A stretch of DNA of 64,000 nucleotides from a virus. The position numbers were made by a program, and so were the translations under genes. The DNA is taken from IMG/VR virus record IMGVR_UViG_3300009151_000031; one strand, written 5' to 3'. Below the pieces are notes generated by a model, which ran no database searches, was not told the DNA's origin, and saw nothing but the letters and a program-made list of their open reading frames with translations. How positions within the stretch are numbered: the stretch's first letter is position 1; every line of letters begins with the position of its first letter. Positions 28,749 through 36,796 of the stretch are shown here, in pieces.

Positions 28749-30169
28749 ACGTAAAAGAATTAAAAGCCAAATTAGAAAAAGACTACACCTTATTGGTGTT
28801 TGCTGACTTTGCAGAAGTTAGCCATACGCCAACAGCCGCTTATAAGTTATTAGAAAGTATACGCAAGGATACGTTTGCTGACCGTGAGCGTATTGTGTTT
28901 TACGGCAACTATCCAGATATAGAATTAGTTAACCACGTGGCTAAAGCTAGAGAGTTATTAGATATCGGTGAGTTCTTTTGTATTTGGCAAAATGAAATAA
29001 CAGATGCACTAGCACCAGGTACTGGATATCGACTTGCTGATACTGTGTGTCCGTTGCTGTGGAGTCATTTAGAAATCAGGCACACCGGCGACGTGTACCC
29101 GTGCTGTGTTAATACTGTACCTGTTGGCAACGTAAACGAAAGTTCATTGGTTGAAATATTTAACAATGATAAAATGGATTTGTTACGTAAACAAATGTCT
29201 ACCGGCGGACGTCCGGACAGTTGTGACCATTGTTGGCGTTTAGAAAAACAAGGGTTGTCAAGCAATCGTCAATGGCACATGGGCAAGAATGCTCAGGATT
29301 TTAATTCACGATGGTACGATGATGTACAAATTCGCAGTTTGGATCTAAAGCCCAGCAACACCTGTAACTTCAAATGCCGTACTTGTAATCCCAGTAACAG
29401 CTCATTGATTGCGGCCGAAGTTAAACAATTTAGTTCTGCGTCTATAGCTGTCAACATTGCTGCCAATCGATGGAACGGGTATAGAGAATATACCTGGAAA
29501 GAATTGGATAATATCTTGCCCACCATAGAAAATTTAGACTTTTTTGGCGGAGAACCGTTTTTATTAAAAGAACTACGAACTTTTATACAAACAGCCGTTG
29601 ATACAGATCATTGCAAACACATACGGTTACACTTTAATACCAATGGTAGTATATTTCCAAACGACATAATTGATAACATACAAAAGTTCAAAGAAGTTGA
29701 TATAGCAGTAAGTATAGATGACATTGGATCCAGATTTGAGTTGACTCGCGGAGGCGCATGGTCTAATGTTGAGGCCAACTTACTCCAATTTAAAGAGTTA
29801 GAATCAGAGAACTTTAAAGTTTACATCTTTCCAACAGTTAACATCCAAAATGTATTGTACCTAGATGAACTACTTGGCTGGGCCAAACAAAATCAACTAG
29901 TATACAAATTTAATTTTCTTGAGTTTCCACGGTATTATAATATCAATTCAATGACTGACCGAGCACGTGAATTAGTTATTAACAAATACCAGGATTCGTC
30001 TAATCTACAACTACAAGCCCTGGCCAATCGTGTTAAAAACTCTGCTGGCAGTGACGGCAAGATGTTTGTCAAAAAAATGAAATGGTTTGACTATATTCGA
30101 AATCAAAACTTTGGCAGTACTCACAACGAAATTGCCCAAGCCATGGGTTACGACTTGCTTTCTCCATGA
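28745..30169 (+). CDS. Radical SAM protein with an N-terminal SPASM-like domain (type B1)
   Basis: CPLLW..LEIRHTGDVYPCC and CDHC precede TCNFKCRTC, GGEPF, TNGS and SIDD. Confidence 0.9.
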   Translation: MNVKELKAKLEKDYTLLVFADFAEVSHTPTAAYKLLESIRKDTFADRERIVFYGNYPDIELVNHVAKARELLDIGEFFCIWQNEITDALAPGTGYRLADTVCPLLWSHLEIRHTGDVYPCCVNTVPVGNVNESSLVEIFNNDKMDLLRKQMSTGGRPDSCDHCWRLEKQGLSSNRQWHMGKNAQDFNSRWYDDVQIRSLDLKPSNTCNFKCRTCNPSNSSLIAAEVKQFSSASIAVNIAANRWNGYREYTWKELDNILPTIENLDFFGGEPFLLKELRTFIQTAVDTDHCKHIRLHFNTNGSIFPNDIIDNIQKFKEVDIAVSIDDIGSRFELTRGGAWSNVEANLLQFKELESENFKVYIFPTVNIQNVLYLDELLGWAKQNQLVYKFNFLEFPRYYNINSMTDRARELVINKYQDSSNLQLQALANRVKNSAGSDGKMFVKKMKWFDYIRNQNFGSTHNEIAQAMGYDLLSP

Positions 30170-30184
30170 CACTTGTAGTATAAT
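30155..30184 (+). promoter_or_regulatory. Sigma70-like promoter for gp46, possibly giving a leaderless mRNA
   Basis: TTGCTT-18 nt-TATAAT; the ATG follows 8 nt later with no Shine-Dalgarno. Confidence 0.6.
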
Positions 30185-30192
30185 AATAATCT

Positions 30193-31962
30193 ATGTTCAA
30201 AATTAAAACTTTAACCGTTAAGAATTTTATGAGTGTGGGTAACTCTACACAAGCAGTAAACTTTGATCGTCAAGACTTAACATTGGTACTAGGCGAAAAC
30301 TTGGACCTCGGAGGAGACGATTCGGGTGCCAGGAACGGAACAGGTAAGACCACAATTATTAATGCGTTAAGCTATGCCATGTACGGCAATGCTCTTACTA
30401 ACATTAAGAAAGATAACTTAATCAACAAGACTAACCAAAAGAACATGATGGTCACAATTGATTTTGAAAAAGACAGTATCAACTACCGCATTGAACGTGG
30501 ACGTAAGCCCAACACAATGAAGTTCTTTGTTGGTGATACAGAAAAAGAAATTACTGATGATGCCCAAGGAGACAGTCGCGAAACACAAGCAGAGATAGAA
30601 CGTATGCTAGGCATGAGCCACGACATGTTCAAGCATATTGTTGCGCTCAATACTTATACAGAACCGTTTTTAGCACTTAAAGCAAATGAACAGCGTACTA
30701 TCATTGAACAATTATTGGGCATTACACTATTGAGTGAAAAAGCCGATAACTTAAAAGAACAGAACAAAGCAACTAAAGATGCGATACAACAAGAAGAATT
30801 TCGCATTAAGGCTGTAACTGATGCTAACGTTCGTATACAAGAGCAAATCGATTCATTGAAGCGTAGACAAACTTTATGGAGCACTAAACATGCAGAAGAA
30901 ATACAGAAACTACAAACGGCGATCGAAGAGCTACAGAGAATTGACATTGCGGCCGAAATTCAAGCACACTCGGCGTTTAAGACTTGGGATCAAACCCGAA
31001 AGGACATCAACGAACTATCGTCGGCGATTACGAGATCCAAGATGGATCTTGGTCGAGAAGAAAAGGCTATTGCCAAAACATCAGCTGAACTTGTTTCGCT
31101 GGAAAATCATACGTGTCATACCTGCGGGCAGGAATTCCATGACACGAAGCACCAACAAGTACTGGGACAGAAGCAGAAAGACTTATCAACAGCAGAAGAG
31201 AATCAGAGAACCCATGCTACCATGTTGGCTGAACTACAATCAGCTCACGATGGGTTGGGCAAACTAGGTCCGAGACCCGAAACATTTTATGACAAAGAAG
31301 CCGATGCTATCCATCACCAAGCTAGTGTAGATAATTTAATTACTCAGCTTACATCTAAATTAGATGATACTGACCCTTATGCAGAACAAATTGTTGAAAT
31401 GCAATCTACAGCAGTGGAAGAAGTTACGTACGATGTAATAAATGAGCTTACCAATATCAAGGAACATCAAGAGTTCTTGTTAAAACTGTTAACCAACAAA
31501 GATAGCTTTATCCGCAAACGTATCATTGATCAAAACCTAAGTTACTTAAACGCACGATTGGGACAGTACTTAGATCGCATCGGTTTGCCACATACTATTA
31601 AGTTTAACAACGATTTAACTACAAGCATCACAGAGTTAGGCAGAGATTTAGACTTTGACAACTTGAGTCGCGGTGAACGTAATCGTTTAATCTTGTCACT
31701 GAGTTGGGCATTCCGTGATGTATGGGAAAGTTTGTATCAACCAATTAACTTGTTGTTCATCGACGAGCTAGTAGATTCGGGAATGGATAGTAGCGGCGTT
31801 GAAAACTCACTGGCTATCCTTAAGAAGATGTCTAGGGAAAGTAACAAGAGTATTTGGTTAGTATCACACAAAGACGAACTTAGTGGGCGTGTAAACAATA
31901 CGCTACACGTAGTTAAAGAAAATGGATTTACAAGTTACAACACCGACATCGAAATTACTTAA
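30193..31962 (+). CDS. gp46: Recombination endonuclease ATPase subunit gp46 (Rad50/SbcC)
   Basis: Walker A NGTGKTT, coiled coil with CHTC zinc hook, LSRGE signature, Walker B FIDE and H-loop VSH. Confidence 0.95.
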   Translation: MFKIKTLTVKNFMSVGNSTQAVNFDRQDLTLVLGENLDLGGDDSGARNGTGKTTIINALSYAMYGNALTNIKKDNLINKTNQKNMMVTIDFEKDSINYRIERGRKPNTMKFFVGDTEKEITDDAQGDSRETQAEIERMLGMSHDMFKHIVALNTYTEPFLALKANEQRTIIEQLLGITLLSEKADNLKEQNKATKDAIQQEEFRIKAVTDANVRIQEQIDSLKRRQTLWSTKHAEEIQKLQTAIEELQRIDIAAEIQAHSAFKTWDQTRKDINELSSAITRSKMDLGREEKAIAKTSAELVSLENHTCHTCGQEFHDTKHQQVLGQKQKDLSTAEENQRTHATMLAELQSAHDGLGKLGPRPETFYDKEADAIHHQASVDNLITQLTSKLDDTDPYAEQIVEMQSTAVEEVTYDVINELTNIKEHQEFLLKLLTNKDSFIRKRIIDQNLSYLNARLGQYLDRIGLPHTIKFNNDLTTSITELGRDLDFDNLSRGERNRLILSLSWAFRDVWESLYQPINLLFIDELVDSGMDSSGVENSLAILKKMSRESNKSIWLVSHKDELSGRVNNTLHVVKENGFTSYNTDIEIT

Positions 31963-32914
31963 TCACAATCGCATACACATTGAGATTAGCAGTAAGTGTA
32001 CATTAAAATGTCCGCGATGTCCCCGTACGGAATTAAAACCCGAGCTAGTAAACAGAGAAATTAGTCTACCAGAGTTTCAGCGGGCATTTACTGCCGACTT
32101 GTTAAAAGAAGTACACGAAATAGTATTTTGCGGCGACATTGGCGACCCAATATATGCACGAGACTTTTTAGAAATTGTACGTTACATTAAGACATCTAGA
32201 TTTAATACCAGTTTGGTTATTGTTACCAACGGTAGCTATAAGTCTGAACTGTGGTGGACCGAATTAGGATCACTGCTAGGTCGTAATGACAAAGTTACGT
32301 TTAGTGTTGATGGGTGGAATCAAGAATCAAACGAGCGGTACAGAGTAAACAGTGATTTTAAAAGTATTATTGCAGGTGCAAAAGCATTACGGGCGGCAAG
32401 TGCCTGTTCAATGAACTGGTCTGCAATTTATTTTAATTTTAACGAAGATAAAATGCCTTGGATACAGGATTTAGCACAAGATTTAGGATTTGATACATTT
32501 GAAGCTGTGCTTAGTTCAAAGTTTGACGGTATGTATTTGATAAATGGCATTGACCCATTGAAACCAATACGTGGGTACGTTGCTAAAAGTAGCAAGTACG
32601 AAGTTCATACAGTTAGTTTAACCAATCATATTCCCATTGTGTTTCATAATACACGTGAACGACATCCGTGGGCTCGTTGTGCCAACGGCACTAAAGAAAT
32701 GTTTATTAATGTTGATGGATTAGTATTTCCGTGTCCTTGGTTTAATAGTGGCTACATGGAAAACGACTTTGTAGACAAGTATCGCGACCAGTTAAGTATT
32801 AAAAATCGTACACTTAAAGAAATACTAGATGATCCTTTGTGGAATGAGATGTACACCAGGTTTGAAATTGCTCCATTGCCTATTTGCTTATTGAAATGTA
32901 AAAATGCCCAATAA
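31922..32914 (+). CDS. Radical SAM/SPASM protein (type A2, paralog of 27756..28748)
   Basis: KCTLKCPRC, GDP, TNGS and SVDG motifs; C-terminal C...FINVDGLVFPCPW...CLLKC. Confidence 0.9.
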   Translation: MDLQVTTPTSKLLNHNRIHIEISSKCTLKCPRCPRTELKPELVNREISLPEFQRAFTADLLKEVHEIVFCGDIGDPIYARDFLEIVRYIKTSRFNTSLVIVTNGSYKSELWWTELGSLLGRNDKVTFSVDGWNQESNERYRVNSDFKSIIAGAKALRAASACSMNWSAIYFNFNEDKMPWIQDLAQDLGFDTFEAVLSSKFDGMYLINGIDPLKPIRGYVAKSSKYEVHTVSLTNHIPIVFHNTRERHPWARCANGTKEMFINVDGLVFPCPWFNSGYMENDFVDKYRDQLSIKNRTLKEILDDPLWNEMYTRFEIAPLPICLLKCKNAQ

Positions 32915-34208
32915 AGATATATTCTGCAACATTCCGTGGTACGAGCTACATATCAATCATGATGGTAGTTACGATCTGTGCGGCTGTATGAGCGAGCTTA
33001 TTACACAAACAGATCAGGGCAAAGAGTGGAACATCTTTAATTACCCTGTAGAGGAATACTGGCAAAGCCGTCGTTTACGTGACGAACGATTAAGTAAGTT
33101 AGGTGACGTGCCTAATCCTGCTTGTGGTGTTTGCCAACATCAAGATCAATTAGGTAGTCATAGCAAACGTATTAAAGAAAACTTAAAGAGTGTATTGTTT
33201 TACGATCGAAACTTTTATAAGAGTTTTGAACAAAGCCCACACAAGGCCGCATTTGATTACAGCCTCGACAATGACGGCGCTACTGTTACTCGACCTGTTA
33301 GTTACCATTTGAGCTTGGGCAATGAATGTGACTTAGCCTGTGTGATGTGCAGTCCTAACAGTAGCTACAAACTTGCCAACGACTATAAAGCATTGGGGTG
33401 GATTACGGATTCACGCAGATTAAATTGGACAGATGATCCTGTAATATGGAATAACTTCTGTCAAACACTACTTGCTACTGATTTAGTCAGCCTACATATT
33501 ATCGGCGGCGAACCTACTATAAACAAGCGATTTACACAACTAATTGACTTGTTTGTTGCCAATAACCGCACCGACTTTAGCTTTAGTTTTACTACTAACT
33601 GTATGCACAATATAGATCACTTGTGGGATAAATTAAGTAAATTTAAACGAGTTGAAATTGGTATGAGTGTAGAAAGTATAAACTTTTCCAATGACTATGT
33701 TCGATATGGTGGCAGTATTGATACTATATTAAGCAATATAAAACATTTTAAAGCCACTGCACCAAAAAATGTAGCGTTTGTTGTGCGTACTGTGCCTACG
33801 TTGCTGACCATTAATTACTATAGTCAGTTAATTGATTGGTGTTTAGACAATGATTTTTTAATAGACAGTTATTTTGCAACAGATCCAAAATGGCAACAGA
33901 TTAGATTGTTGCCCGATTCTATAAAGATGCAGTTACAAACAGAATTTCAAATTCAACTTGATAATTATGTATCGCTAAGTGCGTGTCGTATAACAGGATT
34001 GACTAATTTTAGAAATCAGGCACACGTAATAGAAAATTTAATATCTGAAATACGTGCCGCCATTGCTAGTTTAGCATTAGGCAATCAAGACCCAGACCTT
34101 ATAGCCGAGAGTGTGTTAAAATTCAAGCAACTAGACACTATGCGTAACAACAACGTAGTTAAGAATTTTCCAATGCTACAAACTTATTTTGAATCAAATG
34201 GTTACTAA
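32904..34208 (+). CDS. Radical SAM protein with an N-terminal SPASM-like domain (type B2, paralog of 28745..30169)
   Basis: CNIPW.ELHINHDGSYDLCGC and CGVC precede ECDLACVMC and GGEPT. Confidence 0.9.
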   Translation: MPNKDIFCNIPWYELHINHDGSYDLCGCMSELITQTDQGKEWNIFNYPVEEYWQSRRLRDERLSKLGDVPNPACGVCQHQDQLGSHSKRIKENLKSVLFYDRNFYKSFEQSPHKAAFDYSLDNDGATVTRPVSYHLSLGNECDLACVMCSPNSSYKLANDYKALGWITDSRRLNWTDDPVIWNNFCQTLLATDLVSLHIIGGEPTINKRFTQLIDLFVANNRTDFSFSFTTNCMHNIDHLWDKLSKFKRVEIGMSVESINFSNDYVRYGGSIDTILSNIKHFKATAPKNVAFVVRTVPTLLTINYYSQLIDWCLDNDFLIDSYFATDPKWQQIRLLPDSIKMQLQTEFQIQLDNYVSLSACRITGLTNFRNQAHVIENLISEIRAAIASLALGNQDPDLIAESVLKFKQLDTMRNNNVVKNFPMLQTYFESNGY

Positions 34209-34641
34209 TTTACAATTTGCTATAACACTAAAACCTGTTGGGTATGAAAATACTTGGCCCGAGTTTTATCTTAAAATAGATGAAGAATTACAAGACGTAG
34301 GTGTGTTAACCGAAGAACGGGCGTATAATTTTGATGTTGAGCTAGAGGATGGCGCACATTGTATTACTGTTGGGTTTACTAACAAAGAAGATGCCGACAC
34401 TATAGCCATAGACAATGAAATTATTGCCGACAAAGCTATTATAGTTGAGAACATTACAATAGAGGGATACGAGTTTAAAGATTTTTTGTACAGGGGTGTT
34501 TACTATCCCGCAGGTAGGTGGCATTCGAACAGCAATTATTTAAGTTGGAACGGCGAGTGGAAGTTAGAGTTTACTACTCCAATTTTTACTTGGTTACATC
34601 AAACACAGCATTTGGGTTGGATTTACGAGAAAAATTTGTGA
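34189..34641 (+). CDS. Hypothetical acidic beta-sandwich protein coupled to the radical SAM cluster
   Basis: 150-aa ORF overlapping the B2 stop; DKAIIVENITIEG and YLSWNGEWKLEFTTPIFTWL. Confidence 0.7.
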   Translation: MNQMVTNLQFAITLKPVGYENTWPEFYLKIDEELQDVGVLTEERAYNFDVELEDGAHCITVGFTNKEDADTIAIDNEIIADKAIIVENITIEGYEFKDFLYRGVYYPAGRWHSNSNYLSWNGEWKLEFTTPIFTWLHQTQHLGWIYEKNL

Positions 34642-34669
34642 TATTGTGTAATTGTCATAATTACTATGC

Positions 34670-35098
34670 ATGTCATGGATTTACGAAAATACTCAAGTAG
34701 AAACTTTACCCGAAGATTGTGTTGGTTTTGTTTATTTGATCACAAATAACCTAACCGGCAGGAAGTATATTGGCAAAAAATTAGCAAAATTTAGTAAAAC
34801 CACCTATAAAATGGTTAAACTAAAAAATGGTAACAAGAAGCGTAAAAAAATTCGAGGTAAAACAGATTCAGATTGGCAAACATATTATGGCTCTAGCCCA
34901 GAACTAACAAAAGATGTGTTAGAATTGGGCGTTGAAAACTTTAGCAGAGAAGTACTCTTTTATTGTAAATCAAAATCAGAATGTAGTTATATTGAAGCGA
35001 GAGAACAATTTGCTCGCAGAGTATTAGAAAGTAACGATTATTATAACGGACACATACAAGTTCGTGTACATGGCTCACACATTATCAACAAGATATAG
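34670..35098 (+). CDS. GIY-YIG nuclease, Seg-like catalytic domain only
   Basis: GFVYLITNNLTGRKYIGKK, YYGSS, GVENFSREVL, conserved Glu (YIEARE) and YYN. It has a Lys/Arg-rich insertion and no C-terminal DNA-binding domain. Confidence 0.85.
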   Translation: MSWIYENTQVETLPEDCVGFVYLITNNLTGRKYIGKKLAKFSKTTYKMVKLKNGNKKRKKIRGKTDSDWQTYYGSSPELTKDVLELGVENFSREVLFYCKSKSECSYIEAREQFARRVLESNDYYNGHIQVRVHGSHIINKI

Positions 35099-35410
35099 TT
35101 CTTCAGACAACAAGTCTAATTAGTAAAATCACCCAAACAGTATTGGCTCGCACAGGCTTAAAAACGTGTGCTCACGACAACTCGATAATAAGAGGGACGG
35201 AAGTCTTGCCGCTGTAGCAAGCACTCAATCACTATCCTTAACAGGACGAAGATCGCCAATTGCCGCGGTTTGATTGTTTGAAGAACTAGATATGGCTAAA
35301 AAGATGTACTAGCGATAGTACAGGTTTAATATATATGTTAGCGTATGTGTATTAAGCTGCCGTTGTGTAAGACAGAATGAGTAGGTACCGGACAACCGCC
35401 TGCGAAATTG

Positions 35411-35460
35411 ATTATACTTAATTATAGTAGATTATAGTTAATTATAGACAATTATAGTTC
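35411..35460. repeat. Five tandem 10-bp units ATTATA(g/c)nnn
   Basis: attatactta attatagtag attatagtta attatagaca attatagttc. Confidence 0.9.
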
Positions 35461-35618
35461 TAACGCTAAGTGACTGTGCTACTCGGATAATGCAGATCTT
35501 AACTTTGCCCTGTGCGGGCAAAGTGTGACCAATTAATCTGGATAATACTAAAAAACAACAATACTTCTAAATAAATGTTCTAAGAAGAAAAGTATCTATG
35601 AGCTTTAGCGAAATAGAT

Positions 35619-35637
35619 AGACTTACGCAGTAAGTCT
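35619..35637. terminator. Perfect hairpin at the convergent-transcription junction (possible terminator or RNA 3' end)
   Basis: AGACTTAC-GCA-GTAAGTCT; no long U tract. Confidence 0.4.
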
Positions 35638-35656
35638 TAAATGAAACAACACACAA

Positions 35657-35875
35657 TTAGAAGAATGGTAAACCCGACTTCTCAGTTGTTTCTAGATTAG
35701 TTTTAATAATATCGTTGATAATTTCTCTGTCTGAAGATGATAACATCATGGCATCATTATAAGAAATACTGCCTCGCATATACCAACAGGTTGATAAGAG
35801 ATCTTTTTTTATGGCTTTTGCATCTTTGTCAAGTCGACTTAACTCCTCAACAATCTCATCGTTAGATAATGACAA
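35657..35875 (-). CDS. Small baseplate/tail assembly protein (gp51-like position), probably the -1 frameshift extension of the upstream gene
   Basis: 72 aa from TTG with no RBS; CWYMRGSISYNDAMMLS..DREII. The frame is open back to the TTTTTTC slippery site. Confidence 0.7.
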   Translation of the reverse strand: MSLSNDEIVEELSRLDKDAKAIKKDLLSTCWYMRGSISYNDAMMLSSSDREIINDIIKTNLETTEKSGLPFF

Positions 35876-35880
35876 AAGCC

Positions 35881-36729
35881 TTAGCCGAAAAAATTTGTCT
35901 GTTCAAAAACAAACGGTGTTACAAAATCTTTGCCACATTCTTCATTAGAGCATACCATATTAATATTGGCGTACGATGCATTTTCAGTTTTAATTTTCTC
36001 TAGTGCGGTTTTGACCGCCTCCCAAACAGATCTATCGCAGTTGTTTAAAAATTCTGTAATAAACTCTACATTTTCTACTACAATGCCGTCACTAGTTTTA
36101 ATTGACCCAATACTTTTACTAATTTGATTAAGTCCAGTTTCAATTAATTTTCTAAACATCTCTTCAAATTTTGCTGTTTTTTCATCGTCGGGCATATCAG
36201 TGTCACGTACCAAGTTCATAATACGTTGTTCTTCAAAATTAAGTAAACCATTTTTATTATATTCTTCATAACTTTGTGGCTTCAACGAAATTTCTAAATC
36301 AGCTATTTTAATTGGAGTGTCCCAATTGCCTATTCCAATTTTATCAATCATGACTGATAAATCAAGTCCTCGCTCGTTTTTAGTATTGCACACCGGGCAT
36401 AAGCACGTAAAGTCTAATTCGTTCCCATAACTAGCAAGTCTGATTGCAATTAATAGTTTGTCTAAATCAACCAACGGCATTTTCCACGCATTTTTAATAC
36501 TTGGGCAACAACTTTCAATTACAGATGCAGTACTAGAACCATTCATTAATGCATCTGGTGTTTTCATTGTAATTTCGTCACGGGCAGTCATTGCGTAAAC
36601 TGGAATTTCTCCAGTAACTGGCAATTCTATACTTCCATCTGACCACCAACGCCCTTGACTTGGTAATCGTACGTACAAAATCGGCTGTCTAAAATGCTTT
36701 GTTAACGGGTTATTAGATAAACTGTCCAT
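35881..36729 (-). CDS. gp26: Baseplate hub assembly chaperone gp26-like / tail assembly chaperone
   Basis: NPL..FRQP.LY.RLPS.G, MTARDEI..KTPDALMNG, DLDKLLIAIRLASYG and CPVC...C..EEC zinc-binding motifs. A GGAG RBS favours the ATG at 36729 over 36744. Confidence 0.75.
   Translation of the reverse strand: MDSLSNNPLTKHFRQPILYVRLPSQGRWWSDGSIELPVTGEIPVYAMTARDEITMKTPDALMNGSSTASVIESCCPSIKNAWKMPLVDLDKLLIAIRLASYGNELDFTCLCPVCNTKNERGLDLSVMIDKIGIGNWDTPIKIADLEISLKPQSYEEYNKNGLLNFEEQRIMNLVRDTDMPDDEKTAKFEEMFRKLIETGLNQISKSIGSIKTSDGIVVENVEFITEFLNNCDRSVWEAVKTALEKIKTENASYANINMVCSNEECGKDFVTPFVFEQTNFFG
35887..35893 (-). other. Putative -1 ribosomal frameshift site T TTT TTC
   Basis: Frame 0 reads AAT TTT TTC GGC TAA; the -1 frame reads TTT TTT CGG CTA AGG CTT TTG TCA into the 35657..35875 ORF. 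Confidence 0.65.
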
Positions 36730-36743
36730 ATAATAGAACTCCA

Positions 36744-36768
36744 TAAATAGTTGATATATGTGTACTTA
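36744..36768. promoter_or_regulatory. Divergent late promoters: TAAATA (+, 36744-36749) and TAAGTA (-, 36763-36768)
   Basis: The motifs lie between the divergent gp26-like and tape-measure-like genes. Confidence 0.55.
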
Positions 36769-36796
36769 TCACAGTAATTAACGGTGAAAATAAAAT

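Larger units (their letters stand above)
35100..35640 (+). ncRNA. Candidate large structured non-coding RNA (family unassigned)
   Basis: About 550 nt with no ORF in an otherwise densely coding window. It has many helices, a GCGA tetraloop, a 15-bp helix with five G-U pairs, long-range stems and a loop-mediated pseudoknot (detailed in findings). Confidence 0.75.

Noticed and set aside
35411-35460. CRISPR or TIGR-like array
   Set aside because: Units are only 10 bp with 3-4 variable bases, too short for spacers, and no Cas or Nop-domain gene is nearby.
35100-35640. Group I intron or RNase P RNA as the identity of the structured gap
   Set aside because: I found no group I P/Q/R/S core, and the flanking genes are convergent and complete, so there are no exons to join. 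GAGGGACGGAAGTC only loosely resembles RNase P GAGGAAAGUCC and the other conserved regions are absent or out of order. A covariance-model search is still needed.
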